Positions 10,687-23,480 of a DNA stretch of 64,000 nt are shown here, piece after piece. The position numbers and the translations under genes were made by a program. Numbering within the stretch: position 1 is the stretch's first letter; the number at the start of each line of letters is the position of its first letter. This DNA comes from Eledone cirrhosa (lineage: Eukaryota): assembly GCA_964016885.1 (NCBI GenBank), contig OZ024741.1:267096001-267160000 (forward strand), given 5' to 3'. A model generated the notes under the pieces. It searched no databases. It was given only the letters and a program-made list of their open reading frames with translations, and was not told the DNA's origin.

Positions 10687-12882
10687 TGTGGGGCTGCCGC
10701 GAGATAGAGGGGGTGTAGAGCTGCCGTGGGAGGGGGATTGCCGGAAGTTGGGGGACGCCTGACCGGAAGCAGGAGGACTGAGGCGACTCGAGGGATCAGG
10801 CGGTCAACAGGGGCCTCTTAGCCATACGCCCTGGAAGGTGACGGACGTGCGAAGACAGACGCAAGCAGAAAGTACCCCTACGTGGACCAGAGAGATGCAA
10901 GGTAAGTCTGAATGCCTCCAGCTAGAAGCTATTTCGGCGTTTAATGAAATTTCACATCTTTCGGCATTTTTACTCCCAGCACGGCAGCCCTTTAGTTTAG
11001 CTTTTTTTTTTGTAAATATTTTTTTAATATTTTTTTTGTTCTCTTTTGTGGGTATCGTTGTTGATTTTTTTCCGATCTTGCAGGGGAGATGGTAGCGAAA
11101 CTGAGATTGAATAGCGAGATGATCAAGGCTTTTAATGGCGAAGATGTTGTGGCCTGGTTGAGAAAGGTCACATTGGTCGCCTTGCTACAAGGCATTGACA
11201 ACGTTGCTGGTTTGATGGCTCTATATCTCGACGGGGATGCCCTAGCACTGTACCTTGAGATGGACAAGAGCGACCAACTGAACGTGGAGAGGATAGGATA
11301 GTGACTTAAGGAAGCGTTCACCGAGGGGCTGTACGTTGCTTTTGCCAAGCTAGGCAGAGCGAGATGGCAGGGAGAGCACGTGGACGTGTTCGCGACAGAG
11401 TTACAGCAGTTGGCTACGTTAGCCGGATTCACGGTAGAACGCGAATGCGCCGTGTGGTTGGCTTTTATGAACGGGTTCCCCGACGAAATCTCCGTGAAGC
11501 TCCGGCAGCTGCCCGGCAACAGGGAGATGAGCATGAGCGAGCTCATCGCACAGGCCCGCGTAATAACACAGGATACAAGGTGGAGTGTTGCAGCGCTGGC
11601 ATCGACGGAAGCCCATGGCAATCGACAGCGACCGATGTATGAAGAAAGCCTGGCTAGAAATGCCAGGGGACGCAGAGACGGGGATAGCGGCAGTGTGTCG
11701 GCTGAGTGATTCGGAGCTGAGGGGACTGCATACTATGCACCACATGGGGGTGGATAGGACCCTGTTCCTAGCCAGAAGAATCGACTCTGGTGTTAGCGGA
11801 CAGTGTCCAGAGAGTGGTTGGAGGTTGCGACAGATGCCAGTCTATCGACCCTCCCCGGGTGTGCACGAGACAGGAAGCATCCCGGTGGAGCACAACTGGA
11901 AGCGATTAGCGGTGGACGTGACACACTACCGACAAGGAAAATATCTTTTGATAGTCGATTGTGGGCCGGGGCGGATGGCGATATGGAGGAAAATGAAGAC
12001 AGGGATTGTGGAGGAAATTGTGCGGACGCTGAGAGAGATATTCTTGGAGCGGGGCCCTGTGGATGAACTGCTGATGGTCAACAGCACGGCGTTTCGCTCG
12101 GAGGCGCTGAGAGAAATGCTTGACAAGTGGAAGGTGAACCACTACTTCAGAGCGGCATATAGGCCGAGCGGAAATGGGATCGTGGAGAGACACCATCGCA
12201 CGATCAAGGCCATGGCGAAAAGGGGGCATATTTCGCCAACGGAGGCAGTGTTCTGGTACAACATGTCTCCGCGGGTGGGACAGGCCGAGGAGTTGGTGCC
12301 GCACAGGGCAATATACAGATATGAATGGCGACAGCCGTGCACGGTACCACAGCAGCCGGTGGAGAGAGAGAGTGCATTCGTACGAGTGGGTGAAGTGGTA
12401 TGGGTCAAGCCTCCGAACGCGCGTTGCACATCTCAATGGGGAAAGGGAATGGTAACTGCCGTAAATTCCCAAAACAACGTGTCTGTGGACGGAATGCCAC
12501 GTCACGTCTTGGACGTCCGTAGAGTCGTTGTTGTGGGGACACCGAGGAAGAAGAAAATGAAAGTGCCGCCCCGACAGTACAGAGATCGCAATGGAGCAGT
12601 GTGATAGGGGGTGGGATTGATCCTTGAGATCAGGGGGGGGGGGGGGGGCTGCCGCGAGATAGGGAGGGGGGTAGAGCTGCCGTGGGAGGGGGATTGCCGG
12701 AAGTTGGGGGACGTCTGACCGGAAGCAGGAGGATGGGGGTGACTCGAGGGACCAGGCGGTCAACAGGGGCCTCTTAGCCATACACCCTGGAAGGTGATGG
12801 ACGTGCGAAGATAGACGCAAGCAGAAAGTACCCCCACGTGGACCAGAGAGATGCTATTTAAGTCCGAATGCCTCCGACTACA
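10687..12882 (+). mobile_element. Ty3/Gypsy LTR retrotransposon, internally deleted (gag + integrase only), with two LTRs of about 240 bp and a 5-bp TSD
   Basis: Termini are TG...CA, and GGGAT is duplicated at 10682-10686 and 12883-12887. LTRs lie at 10687-10926 and about 12641-12882, the latter after a G-rich PPT. A gag-like ORF at 11089-11709 has an internal stop. The integrase (about 11720-12604) has an HHCC start, AVDVTH, MVNSTAF (second Asp mutated) and NGIVERHHRTIK. Confidence 0.93.
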
Positions 12883-12985
12883 GGGATAACACTGATGAAG
12901 TTATGAACTAATTTATTAGTAATTTAATTATGGGTAACACCGATAAATTTATCAACTAGTTTATTAATATTTAATTTATGGGGAA

Positions 12986-13950
12986 ATAATAATAATAATG
13001 AAATTATTGTGTACAATGCTCAGGTGCACTACAACTCATCAAAGGTGCATGTATAGTACATAGAATAATGTACAAATGTCAAGAAATGAACAGTGTACAA
13101 ATGTCAAGAGATGAACATGTGTGCGTGTGTATGGAGGGGGGAAATCAGGTGTAGTGTTGGCGAATTTCAGGAAACATGGAATTTTAAAGGATGCAGTGTC
13201 TTGGCAGCTAACAACTGATGCAGGTAGTTTGTTCCATGCTTCAGCAACTCTGACCGTGAAAATATGTTTCCGAAAGTCATGGGAGCTGTGCTGTTTTCTG
13301 ACTTTGTAGGCATGTCCACATGTGTTAGACACATGGAAATCAAAAAGGTACTCAGCGAGATGGTTAATAATTTTGTGGCCGTTTACCAAGTCAGTTGCCA
13401 GCCATCGGAGCTTCAATATATCAATGCCCTGGGAAGCAAGGTGTTCTGAGTATTGTAGATGCCTGATGGAGGCTATTTGCTTGGTTGCACATCTCTGAAC
13501 AGTTTCCAGGAGGTAAATGTTCTGAGCAAAATAAGGGTTCCAGACTGGTGATGTAAATTCCAAGTGTGGCTGCATCACAGCTATATACAGTTTTAAATAG
13601 ATAGCTGGAGACCAGCTGACAAAGGTCTTGCTGAGTGATGCCAAGACACCCTTGGCCTTCTTGACAATTTTAGAGACGTGCTTTGTCCAATGCAAATCGC
13701 TGCTGACAGTAATGCCCAGGTCACGTTCACAACAAGACTTCTTGATATTAGTGTTGTGGAGAGTGTATGTGGATACTGGGTTTTTCTTCCCAAAATGCAT
13801 GGTGGTAAACTTGTCTACGGCTAGCTTGAGCTGCCAGTCCGTGATCCATTGCTGCATTGCATCCAGGTTTGATTGCAGGAAAGATCTATAATGTTCAGGA
13901 TCTGTCCTTTTTATCTCAAGGTACAGCTTGATGTCATCTACATATTTCAG
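12986..13950 (-). mobile_element. 5'-truncated CR1/L2-group LINE (RT C-terminus and 3'UTR)
   Basis: Motifs YVDDIKLY, WQLKLAVDK, ERDLGITV, HLEFTSPVWNP, LETVQRCATK and FTVRVAEAWNKLP, with an (ATT)n tail at 12986-12999. A second copy lies at 61156-61915. Confidence 0.9.
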
Positions 13951-14434
13951 TACTGTGGCAATGATAAATTTATTAGTACTTAAGTTATGGGGTGACACTG
14001 ATGAGGTTATTAACTAGATTATTAATACTCAAATTATGGGACAATACTGACGAAGTTATCAACTAGTTTATTAATACTCAAATTATAGGGTAACACTGAC
14101 GAAGTCATCAACTAATTTAGGATGTAACAAATTTAGGATGTAACAAGTTCTTCAAAATTAACCACCTTTCTGCTATCTCTAGTTTACCCTGTATTAATAT
14201 ATATTTTACCCCAATGAGGGGTAAAATATATCGAGGTATCATTCTTTTCTAATTTCAAATTCATATTGAATATATCATCATCATCGTTTAAAGTTCATTT
14301 TCCATGCTAGCATGGGTAAGGCCAATATTAAAAGGCACACCAGGACAAAAATTTCATTGGTTAAGAGGACCAATGCTGGGAGAGTACAAGTTGAAAAGTT
14401 CATCCCTAGTATGGCTTTGTTATAATACTGGCCT

Positions 14435-14602
14435 CTGATTTGGACACAAGGCCAACAATTTTGGGGGAGGGGAAAGTCAATTAAATCAACCCCTGTGCAT
14501 TACTGGTACTTTATTTTATGAACTTAGAATGTAAAGGGAAATCACTCTCTGGTGCAAAGTATGCTGTCTGAACTCTACTTGTACTGCCAATCCACTGCCC
14601 TT
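14435..14602 (-). mobile_element. SINE family A copy, internally deleted
   Basis: GACACAAGGCCAACAATT..CATTACTGGTACTTTATTTT..TGCCAATCCACTGCCC. Confidence 0.8.
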
Positions 14603-14699
14603 AATAATATATTAACACTTGCCTTCTGGACTTGAGTTGCTCTATGCCTTGGAAGTTATTACCACTATATATCATCATCATTTTATCATATATATATAT

Positions 14700-16851
14700 A
14701 TGACCGCTTACTGCCGTTTAATGAAGAAACTTGTGGATGGAACAGAGCTCCCACTAGACAGAGAGTGACCTGGTGGTGGAACAACACGGTAGATAGGGCC
14801 ATTAGAGACAAAAGACAAGCATGGAACGCTTGGGAAAATGGTGGGAGTAGAGACCGATACACAGCCACTAAGAGAGAAGCTAGACGTCAGGTGTACTTAG
14901 CATGCATGGAGGCTGGGAGTAGGAGGTTTGCCAATGTCTTGCGACGGGAAGATCAGGGACCTGCGCTGTTCCGCATTACAAGGCAGTGTGTTAGTGTAAA
15001 TCAGGATGTTGTTGGAGATAAATGTGTCTGGAATGATGCTGGTGTACTTAGTGGCACTAATGATCAGAAAAAGGAGGCCTGGAAATGTCATGAGAGGCTG
15101 ATGAATGTGGAGAACGGATGGGGGAGAGAGAGAAACTACCCCCAGTAGACCCGACAGAGGGACCAGCTATTGAGATTGACGAATATAGGGTCCAAGAGGC
15201 AATTAAGGAAATGAAAAATTGTAAGGCAGCTGGACCGTCGGTGATAGTTGCAGAGATGCTGAAGGCATCAGGCGAAGTAGGTACTAAACTGGTTGCACGC
15301 ATCGTCAATCAAGCTGTATATGGCGGAGTCACACCCAAAGACTAGTGCAGCAGTATTCTCATAAATTGCTACAAAGGTAAAAGGGGATGCTCTGGAGAGG
15401 AACAATTATAGAGGCATAAAAATGATAGATCAGGTTATGAAAGTGGCAGAAAGGATATTTGTGCAACTAATTAGAGAAAGAGTCAAAATAGATGAGATGC
15501 AGTTTGGTTTTGTGATTGGGAAAAGTACAACAGATGCCCTTTTCTTAGTGAGACAACTACAAGAGAGGTTCTTAGAGAAGAATAAGCCACTATACTTAGC
15601 TTTCGTTGACCTAGAGAAGGCCTTTGATAGGGTACTCCGATCTGTCATTTGGTGGTCCCTAAGGAAGCTAGGTGTTGAGGAATGGCTTGTGAGGACAGTG
15701 CAAGCTTTGTATAGAGGTGTTGTCAGTAAAGTGTGGATAGGAATGGAGTTTAGTGAGGAATTCCAGATACAAGTAGGAGTACATTAGGGTTCGGTCCTCT
15801 GCCTGCTCTTGTTCATTATAGTCCTTCAAGTTTAAGACTGACTGCCTTTGGAAAATTCTCTATGCTGACGATTTGGTTCTTATAGCAGAATCAGTAGAGG
15901 AGCTAGAGAATAAATTCTGGCTATGGAAACAGCAGTTGGATAAAGAGGACTGAGAGTGAACCTAGCTAAGACAAAAGTGTTGATAAGTAGAAAAGAGGAC
16001 AAAACTCTGATTCTGTTAGGGAAATGGCCATGTTCGATATGTTGAAAAGGAAATGGCATAAATTCTATAAAATGCACACAATGCAGATCTTGGATACACA
16101 AGAGTTGTAATGGGATAGCAGGCAAACTAACAGGTAGGGAAAACTACGTATGCAGTAGATGTATAGGGAAATTTGACAGTAGAAGTTGCAGTGGTAGACA
16201 CATTTTTCAAATGCAGGTAGGTTCTATGAAGTGGTTGATAGCTTCCGGTACCTAGGAGATCAGATTAGCATGGGAGGAGTGGTGGTGTTCCAAGGCAATA
16301 GTATCTAGAATAAGATGGGCTGGAAGAAGTTTAGGGAGCTGCTTCCTCTGCAGACAAAGAAGGGTTTCTCCCTGTGTACGAACGGCCGGTTATATGATGA
16401 CTGTGTGAGATGTGCGATGCTGCATGGTAGTGAGACATGGGCAGCAACTGCAAAGGCTATGCAATGGCTGGAGAGAAATGAAGCAAGCATGCTCTGTTGG
16501 ATGTGCAATGTCAATGTGTGCGAATGACCAAGCATAGACGAGTTGAGAAAGAAACTGGGTATAAGAGGGATAAGTTGTGGCAGGAGAGAAGACTGAGATG
16601 GTATGGACATGTGATGTGTATGGAGGATGACCGCTGTGTAAAGAAGTGCCAAGAAATCCCAGTAGAAGGAAGACGCAGTAGAGGTAGACCATGTAAAACA
16701 TGGGCGGAGGTGGTGAGAGCAGACCTCAGATTGCTGAAACTCACGGAGGAGATGACGAAGGACCGTGACAAGTGGAGAGATGCCGTGCTGAATAGGACCC
16801 ATCCCACCCTTGTAAGCAGGGAAAAGCAGACGTAAAATGATGATGATGATG
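14700..16851 (+). mobile_element. RTE-clade LINE subfamily A, 5'-truncated and decayed
   Basis: RT motifs QFGF..STTDA, FVDLEKAFDRV, VGVH, YADD, SETWA and RRLRWYGHV..RGRP.KTW, with the tail GGGAAAAGCAGACGTAAAA(TGA)n. Many stops. Confidence 0.92.
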
Positions 16852-16877
16852 AGATATTATATATATATATTACATAT

Positions 16878-18522
16878 CATCATCACCATTTAATGTCTAT
16901 TTTCCATACTTGCATGGGTTAAATAGCTCTCCCATGCTGGGACCAGACTCGTCAAGTGATTGTTTGGTAAGTTTTCTATGGCTGAGTGCCCTTCATATGA
17001 TCAACCTCTTTACAGGTGCGTTTCTTCTGTAGATCACCATCACTAGAGAGGTAATTGTGTCATTGACATAACTGAAGTGTCCTCTCAACCTTTTTAAGCA
17101 TGGTTTCTACAGTGGGGTGCCCTTCCTGTTGCCAACCACCCTACAGAGTGTACTGGGTGCATTTTCATGACACTGACACTAGATAAGTTGTTGGGCATAG
17201 TCTTAACTGAAGAGCCCTTATGCTCTGGGTTGGGGGAAGATAGGGGTTCTCTTTGCTGTGACACCTACATGACCACTTTACATCACTTCTCGCAACTCTT
17301 CCTGGGTCTCTCCACTTCTTCCATCGACTTTGAGCACTCTGCACTTTTTTATACAGCTTCTATCCTTCATATGCATCACATGTCCATACCAACACAATCT
17401 CCTCTCCTGCACACTTCATCTGATACCTCTTATGCCGAATTTCTCTCTCAGTACGTTTATACTGTGCTGTTCATGTATTACTATTACACATTCATCAGAG
17501 CATGCAAGCTTCATTCCTTTCTAATCCTCTGCACACAGTGCCCAGGTCTCACTACCTTGTAACATTGCTGTTCGTATGCACACATCATACAGTCTGTCTT
17601 TCATTTTCGGGCAAAAGCCTTTTGTAGCTAGCAGTGGTAGTAGCTCCCTGAACTTCTTCTATCCTGTTCTTACTCTGGCTACTGTGCTTTCAGAACACCC
17701 ACCTCCACTGCTAATTTGGTCACCTAGGTAGCAAAAGCTGTCTACTGTTTCTACTGCGCCTTCCCAGAATTTGATAGCCCTTGTTTCCTGTGGTTGTTTG
17801 CTGCTTATTGTCACGGTGCAATTGTGACATGTAAAGCCTACATTCTTAGCTAAATTTCCTGAAATCCCTCTACATCTCTCGTGTAACTATAGTTTGCATT
17901 TGGGACAGAGGATGGAATTTCTACCTACACCTTTCCTACATACTGAGCAAGGCCATTTCCCTGAGGGAATTAGGGTTCTGTTGTCTCTTTTACTTATTAG
18001 GACCTTAGTTTTTGTCAGGTTGACTTTAAGACTTCTTGTTTCTCGGCCTTGCTCCCATGTTTAGAATTTCTTCTCTAGTTCAGCCATGGATTCCGTTATG
18101 AGTGTGAGATCATCCGTACAGGTGTTCCCATGGGCAGTCAGTCTTAAACTCCTCTATTACAGCCTTTAGTACGATGATAAACAGGGCTAAGAACAGAGCT
18201 CTGGTGGACGCCAACCTGTACACTAAATTTCTTGCTATAGTCATTGTTAATACTAACTTTGCTGACAGCTCCCTTATACATGGCTTCTACAGCCTTCACA
18301 AACCACTCATCTACTCCTAGTTTTCTCAGAGCCCACCAGATTATGGCACAGGGCACTCTGTTGAAAGCTTTTTCCAGATAGACAAATGCTAGGTAGAGCA
18401 GCTTACTTTTAACTAGGAACTTTTTCTATAACTGCTTCACCAGGAAGAGAGCATCCACGGTGCGTTTGCCTGGTACAAATCCGAACTGCATCTCGTATAG
18501 ATTTACCCGGTCCCTAATCAGC
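16878..18522 (-). mobile_element. Older RTE LINE fragment with 3'UTR
   Basis: (CAT)n tail at 16878; IWWALRKLGVDEW..VGVHQSSVLSP; PHD region at 17810-17960. Confidence 0.88.
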
Positions 18523-18592
18523 TGTTATATATATATATTTATTTATATATGTGTGTGTATAATATATATCTCTATATATATATTCTTTTTAT

Positions 18593-18712
18593 TATGGCTA
18601 AATACTGAGTCTTTTAACTCAAGATTCACCTGTTTATCACAGGGTCATCAGACAAGAGTTCTTGTCTGATGACCCTGTGAAACTCCAGAGTAACAATATT
18701 CACTATTTAGCC
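18593..18712. repeat. Perfect hairpin with 21-bp arms overlapping a hammerhead-like motif (Penelope-like end)
   Basis: TCACAGGGTCATCAGACAAGA-GT-TCTTGTCTGATGACCCTGTGA at 18637-18680, with an outer GGCTAAATA/TATTTAGCC pair. Confidence 0.7.
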
Positions 18713-18815
18713 TTAATAATCTTAGAACCATCTGGGTTGTCCAGAACTGACGGCCTTATCCTGTGCCCCTGGTGGAGAGGCGGGTGCCTTGCCTGGGACG
18801 TCACTGTTAGTGACT

Positions 18816-21800
18816 GGACACTTTCATAGACAATTAAAACTTACAAAATACCTACTGATACCTTGACGAGATTATTATAGGAGGAGACACAGTCGAAGAA
18901 CATAACCATAACCTTTGATTTGGTACAAAATAATACAACAATTTTATTCAATCCGAAAATATTCAAGAAAATTCTTCCGGATGATCCTAGTGAATCCGAT
19001 TATGCCTACTGGAAGAGAATGTTGGCGATCTATTTGGAAAACTTGTCTGTTCCTGACGAAAGTAAGCTCAGTCCTTCTCGTTCTTTACGGAGCCAATGCT
19101 TATACTCTCATTGAAGAAGCAACATCATTCGATGAGGCGTTATCCATTCTTGATAATAAATTTCAAAAGAAAGGCTCAGCAATAATGACCCAACATAAAC
19201 TATGCAACCATCGTCAACAAGAAGGGCAATCATTGAAGGCCTACATGACTGAATTAAAAGACCTCGCAAAGAAATGCCCCACTAAACCCCTAACAGGGGA
19301 AGAACATAGACAATTGTTGATTTGTGATGCGTTCGTGTCGGGTGTTCAATCTGCCACCATAAAACGACTTCTGGAATCACCTGACGAAAATCTAGATAAA
19401 ATATTCCAAACTGCTCTCACATTAGAACTGGCAATAGAAGATGCACAAAATCTGTCAACAACAACTATGCAACTGCAGTCACAACCCGTATTCGCTGCTT
19501 CTTCACCAAAATGTTTCTGGTGTGGTGGTTCATATCACCAAAAATCAGAGTGCCCTGCAAAAAATTCAACTTGCAATTTATGCCACAAGAAAGGCCACTG
19601 GGCAACAGTATGTTTTGTTAAAAATAAGAAGGTACTAAAGAAGATCAAACACGCAGCAGTCTTGAATAATAACGAGGGCCCCGATGAAGCCTATCATCAT
19701 CATCATCACCGTTTTACGTCCGTTCTTCCACGCTAACATGGGTTAGATGGGTTGTCCTGTTGTGGGCAGTGTCTGGTCGGCTGACCATGCCTTGCTCATA
19801 CAGGAACTAATTTGGCTTGATTTCTACAGCTGGATGCCCTTCCTAACACCAACCTCATTTACAGTGAGTGCTGGGTGCTTTTTCGTGGCGCCTACACGTC
19901 CACTTTACAGTGTGGGCTGGGTGCTTTTTTGCCGTGGCACCTCCACGACCAACTTGCGGTGGGGGGGGGGGGGGGGGGGCATAATGTCTATATGCTTCAG
20001 CTTGTACCCATGGGAGGTCGGGTACTCTGTATTACTGCGTGACGCCAGAGGTCACGGTTGTGTGTCATCGCCTTTGAGAGGTGTAATTGGGTAAGGTCGG
20101 CTTTTATCACCTCATCCGCGGTTTCCATCGACTTCTAGTGCTCTGCACCTTTTTATGCAGCTGTCATCCTTCATATGCATCACATGTCCATACCAGCGCA
20201 ACCGCCTCTCCTGCACACAACATTTGATTCCTCTTATGCTCAGTCGCTCTCTCAATTCATTTATGCTTTGTCGTTCGCGTATATTACTGTTACACATCCA
20301 TCGGAGCATGCAGGCTTCATTTCTCTCTAATCTACGTAAGTCTTCCACCTTCAGCGCCCAGGTCTCACTACCATGCAACATCCCTGTTCGGATACACGCA
20401 TCATACAGTCTGCCTTTCATTTTGAGGGAGAAGCCTTTTTCAGCTAGCAGTGGTAGTAGTTCCCTAAATTTCTTCCATCCTGTTCTTACCCTAGTTATTG
20501 TACTTTCTGAACACCCACCTCCACTGTTAATTCGGTCACCTAGGTAGCAGAAGCTGTCTACTGTTTCTACAGAGCCCTCCCAGAGATTGGTGGTACTTGT
20601 TTCCTGTGGCTGTTTGCTGCTTGCTGTCCCAGCACAGCTGCTGCATGTGAAGCCTACATTCTTAATTAAGCTTCCTGAGACCTCGCTACATCTCTTGTGT
20701 ACCCATTGTTTGCATTTGGGGCAGAGAATGGAGTTCCTACCTACACCTTTCCTACATACTGAGCAAGGCCATTTCCCTGAGGGGATCTGGGTTCTGTTTT
20801 CTCGTCTACTTACAAGGACCTTAGTCTTTGTCATGTTGACTTTGAGACCCTTTCTTTCTAGTCCCTGCTTCCAAGTTTGGAATTTCTTATCTAGTTCTAC
20901 CATAGATTCAGCTATAAGTGCGAGGTCATCAGCATACAGGTGTTCCTATGGGCATCTGGTCTTAAACTCATCCGTTATTGCCTGCAGGACTATGATGAAC
21001 AGGAGGGGGCTAAGAACAGAGCCCTGGTGGACCCCAACCTGTACGCTTAATTCCTCGCTATACTCATTGCTAATCCTAACTTTGCTGACTGCTCCCCTAT
21101 ACATGGCTTGTACCGCTTTCACAAGCCATTCATCTACTCCTAGTTTTCTAAGAGCCCACCAGATTACAGCACGTGGAACTCTGTCAAAGGCTTTCTCAAG
21201 GTCGACAAATTCCAGGTAGAGTGGCTTACTTTTCGCTAGGTACTTTTCCTGTAACTGCCTCACAAGGAAGAGGGCATCAGTGGTGCCTCTTCCTGGTACA
21301 AACCCAAATTGCATCTCGTCTAGTTTCATCTGGTCCCTAATCAACTGTGCTATAACTCTTTCTGTTACTTTCATGACCTGGTCCATCAGCTTTATACCTC
21401 TATAGTTTCCTCTATCTAGTGCATCACCTTTACCTTTGTAGCAGTTGACAATGATGCTACTGCACCAATCTTTTGGTATGACACCTTCTAGTATTACCTG
21501 GTTAACAATACGTGTGGTTATAGTGTGACCTACAGACCCAGATGCCTTCAGAATCTAGGCAGCTATACCCGATGGACCGGTTGCCTTTACATTTTCATAT
21601 CTTTAATTGTCTTACTTACTACGCTGCTGCTGACTTGTACTGCTGGCCCCTCTATAGGGTCTACTTGGGGTAGGGTTTCTTCTTCCCATGCATTCTCCTC
21701 ATTTAGTAATCTATCATAATGACTCTTCCATGCATCTTTCTTCTCAGCACTTGTGAGGGCAAGCTCACCTTTATCATTCCGGATACACTTATCTCCAATG

Positions 21801-22777
21801 ACATCACAGTTCTCTCTGACACACTGCCTCGCAATCTTGAACACCTCCTATGATGGCAGTAATCTTGCTGCCTGTTATAAACTTGCTTCCGTGAATCATA
21901 ATATAAACCTTTTAACAATTTATGTCAATTCACATAAAACAGGTTTACTTGACACAGGCTCAGACAAGTCTTTCATTGACATGAATCTCTTGTCGAAATG
22001 GCAAAGTAAATTCAAGAAAACTAAGAATAAGAGTGTAATTTTAGCCGACAACAGTAAACTATTAGAATGGGAGGGCCGAGAATACTACATCGATGTAATG
22101 GTGGTTGACAAGCTCATTGCTCCAGTAGTTATGGGTCTTTAACAATAAAATATGCGGGGGACATGAGACCAGTCACGATATGTATGTCAATGCAAACTCT
22201 GAATTGTGAAGAATATGATTTAATGCCTGGTATTGATACTACAAAATTAAAACCATTATCTATGCCTCCTCGAAAATACAATAAAGACCAGTAATTCATT
22301 AAAACGGAAATCGACAGAATGCTTAAAGCTGGAATAATTCAACAGAGCAGAAGCCTATGGAGAGCGCAGTGCTTCGTAATAGATCAAGAAAACAAAAGAC
22401 ATCTTGTCATAGACTACTCAGGCACTATAAAATCGTTACACACCATTATATTCATACCCTAATGCCATAATCGAAGATCTACTCAACAAAATTTCAAAAC
22501 ACACGTATTTCTCGAAAATAGATCTAAAGGCAGCTTATCACCAAATACCCATCAAATCTTCCGACTTTAAGTTGACTGCTTCGAGGCTTGTGGCCGACTA
22601 TACGAATTTACCCGTCTTCCGTTTGGATGCACAATGCCGTTCCAATTTTCCAACGAATAATGGACACTTTCATAGACAGCTTACAAAGTACCTACTCATA
22701 CCTTGACATTATTATAGGAGGAGACACAGTCGAAGAACATAACCATAACCTTTGATTTGGTACAAAATAATACAACA
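18816..22777 (+). mobile_element. Ty3/Gypsy gag-protease-RT fragment, interrupted by an RTE LINE
   Basis: Gag has two Zn knuckles (CFWCGGSYHQKSEC, CNLCHKKGHWATVC) at 18915-19694 and resumes after the RTE at 21852 (EAY|DGSNL), followed by the protease motif LLDTGS. RT motifs GIIQQSRS.WRA, FSKIDLKAAYHQI, RLPFG and YLD.IIIGG lie at 22200-22755. Confidence 0.9.
19695..21846 (-). mobile_element. RTE LINE subfamily B inserted into the Gypsy gag-pol, with 5-bp TSD CCTAT
   Basis: RT ORFs at 20112-21844 and a (CAT)n tail at 19695. CCTAT occurs at 19690-19694 and 21847-21851, and removing the insert restores the Gypsy reading frame. Confidence 0.93.
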
Positions 22778-23480
22778 GCCTTAATAATCTTAGAACCATC
22801 TGGGTTGTCCAGAACTGACGGCCTTACCCTGTGCCCCTGGTGGAGAGGCGGGTGCCTTGCCTGGGACGTCATCGTTAGTGACTCTTTTGCTCTTTCCCAC
22901 ATCCTGGATGCTGCGGTTAGGACGAAAGCCACAGCTTCCGCAGCCGAGCGGAGTAAGACCCTCAAATACTCTGATCTGTCGGCCAGCTACATTATTCAGC
23001 CTGTGGCTTTCGAGAAGTTTAGGGGAGTCGGGCCGCTGACTGCGAGGTTCCTCTCTTCACTGGCGGCTCGCCTAATAGAGGTAACTGGCGAATCTCGCGA
23101 GGGCGCTTGGTTGTTCCAGCGCATTAGCCTCGCCATCACCTGAGGCAACGCTGAGAGTGTGCTGACTTGCCTAAAAAATTATTAGAGAGGTTGCCCAGTA
23201 CTCCACGGAACGTTGCTGTCTTTTGCTCTGGTGTTCACTCCTTCCTTTACATTTTCTTTAATATTGTAACATTAAAAGAATATATCTTTCTAAAAGAATC
23301 GCGAGCAATTTATAATGTTATCTAAGCATTTGTAATGTTATTTACGTATATATTTAAAACATATTTGTTATGTTATTCTACTGTAAATTTATTTATATGC
23401 CCTGTTTATATTTTCATTCTAAAAGAATTGCAAACGATTTGTAATGTTATTGTATTTATTATATGTTTATAAAATGAATA
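22778..23480 (+). mobile_element. 3' end of a CRE-like non-LTR retrotransposon (restriction-like endonuclease domain); its first ~105 bp are duplicated at 18710-18815
   Basis: EPSGLSRTDG(-)LTLCPWWRGGCLAWDV..AAERSKTLKY..QPVAFE..LFQRISLAIT*GNAESVL matches the CRE-type RLE signature. The usual KRPDG is missing. An AT-rich 3'UTR follows. Confidence 0.8.

Larger units (their letters stand above)
10620..14115 (+). repeat. Minisatellite with a unit of about 49 bp, split by a Gypsy insertion and a CR1 insertion
   Basis: The unit TTATGGGGTGACACTGACAAAGTTATGAACTAGTTTATTAGCAATTTAA is present at 10620-10686, 12883-12985 and 13965-14115. Confidence 0.8.

Noticed and set aside
18710-22883. DIRS/Ngaro element with split direct repeats
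   Set aside because: The repeat order is A-B...B-A, both repeats are coding fragments of other elements, there is no tyrosine recombinase, and a protease is present.
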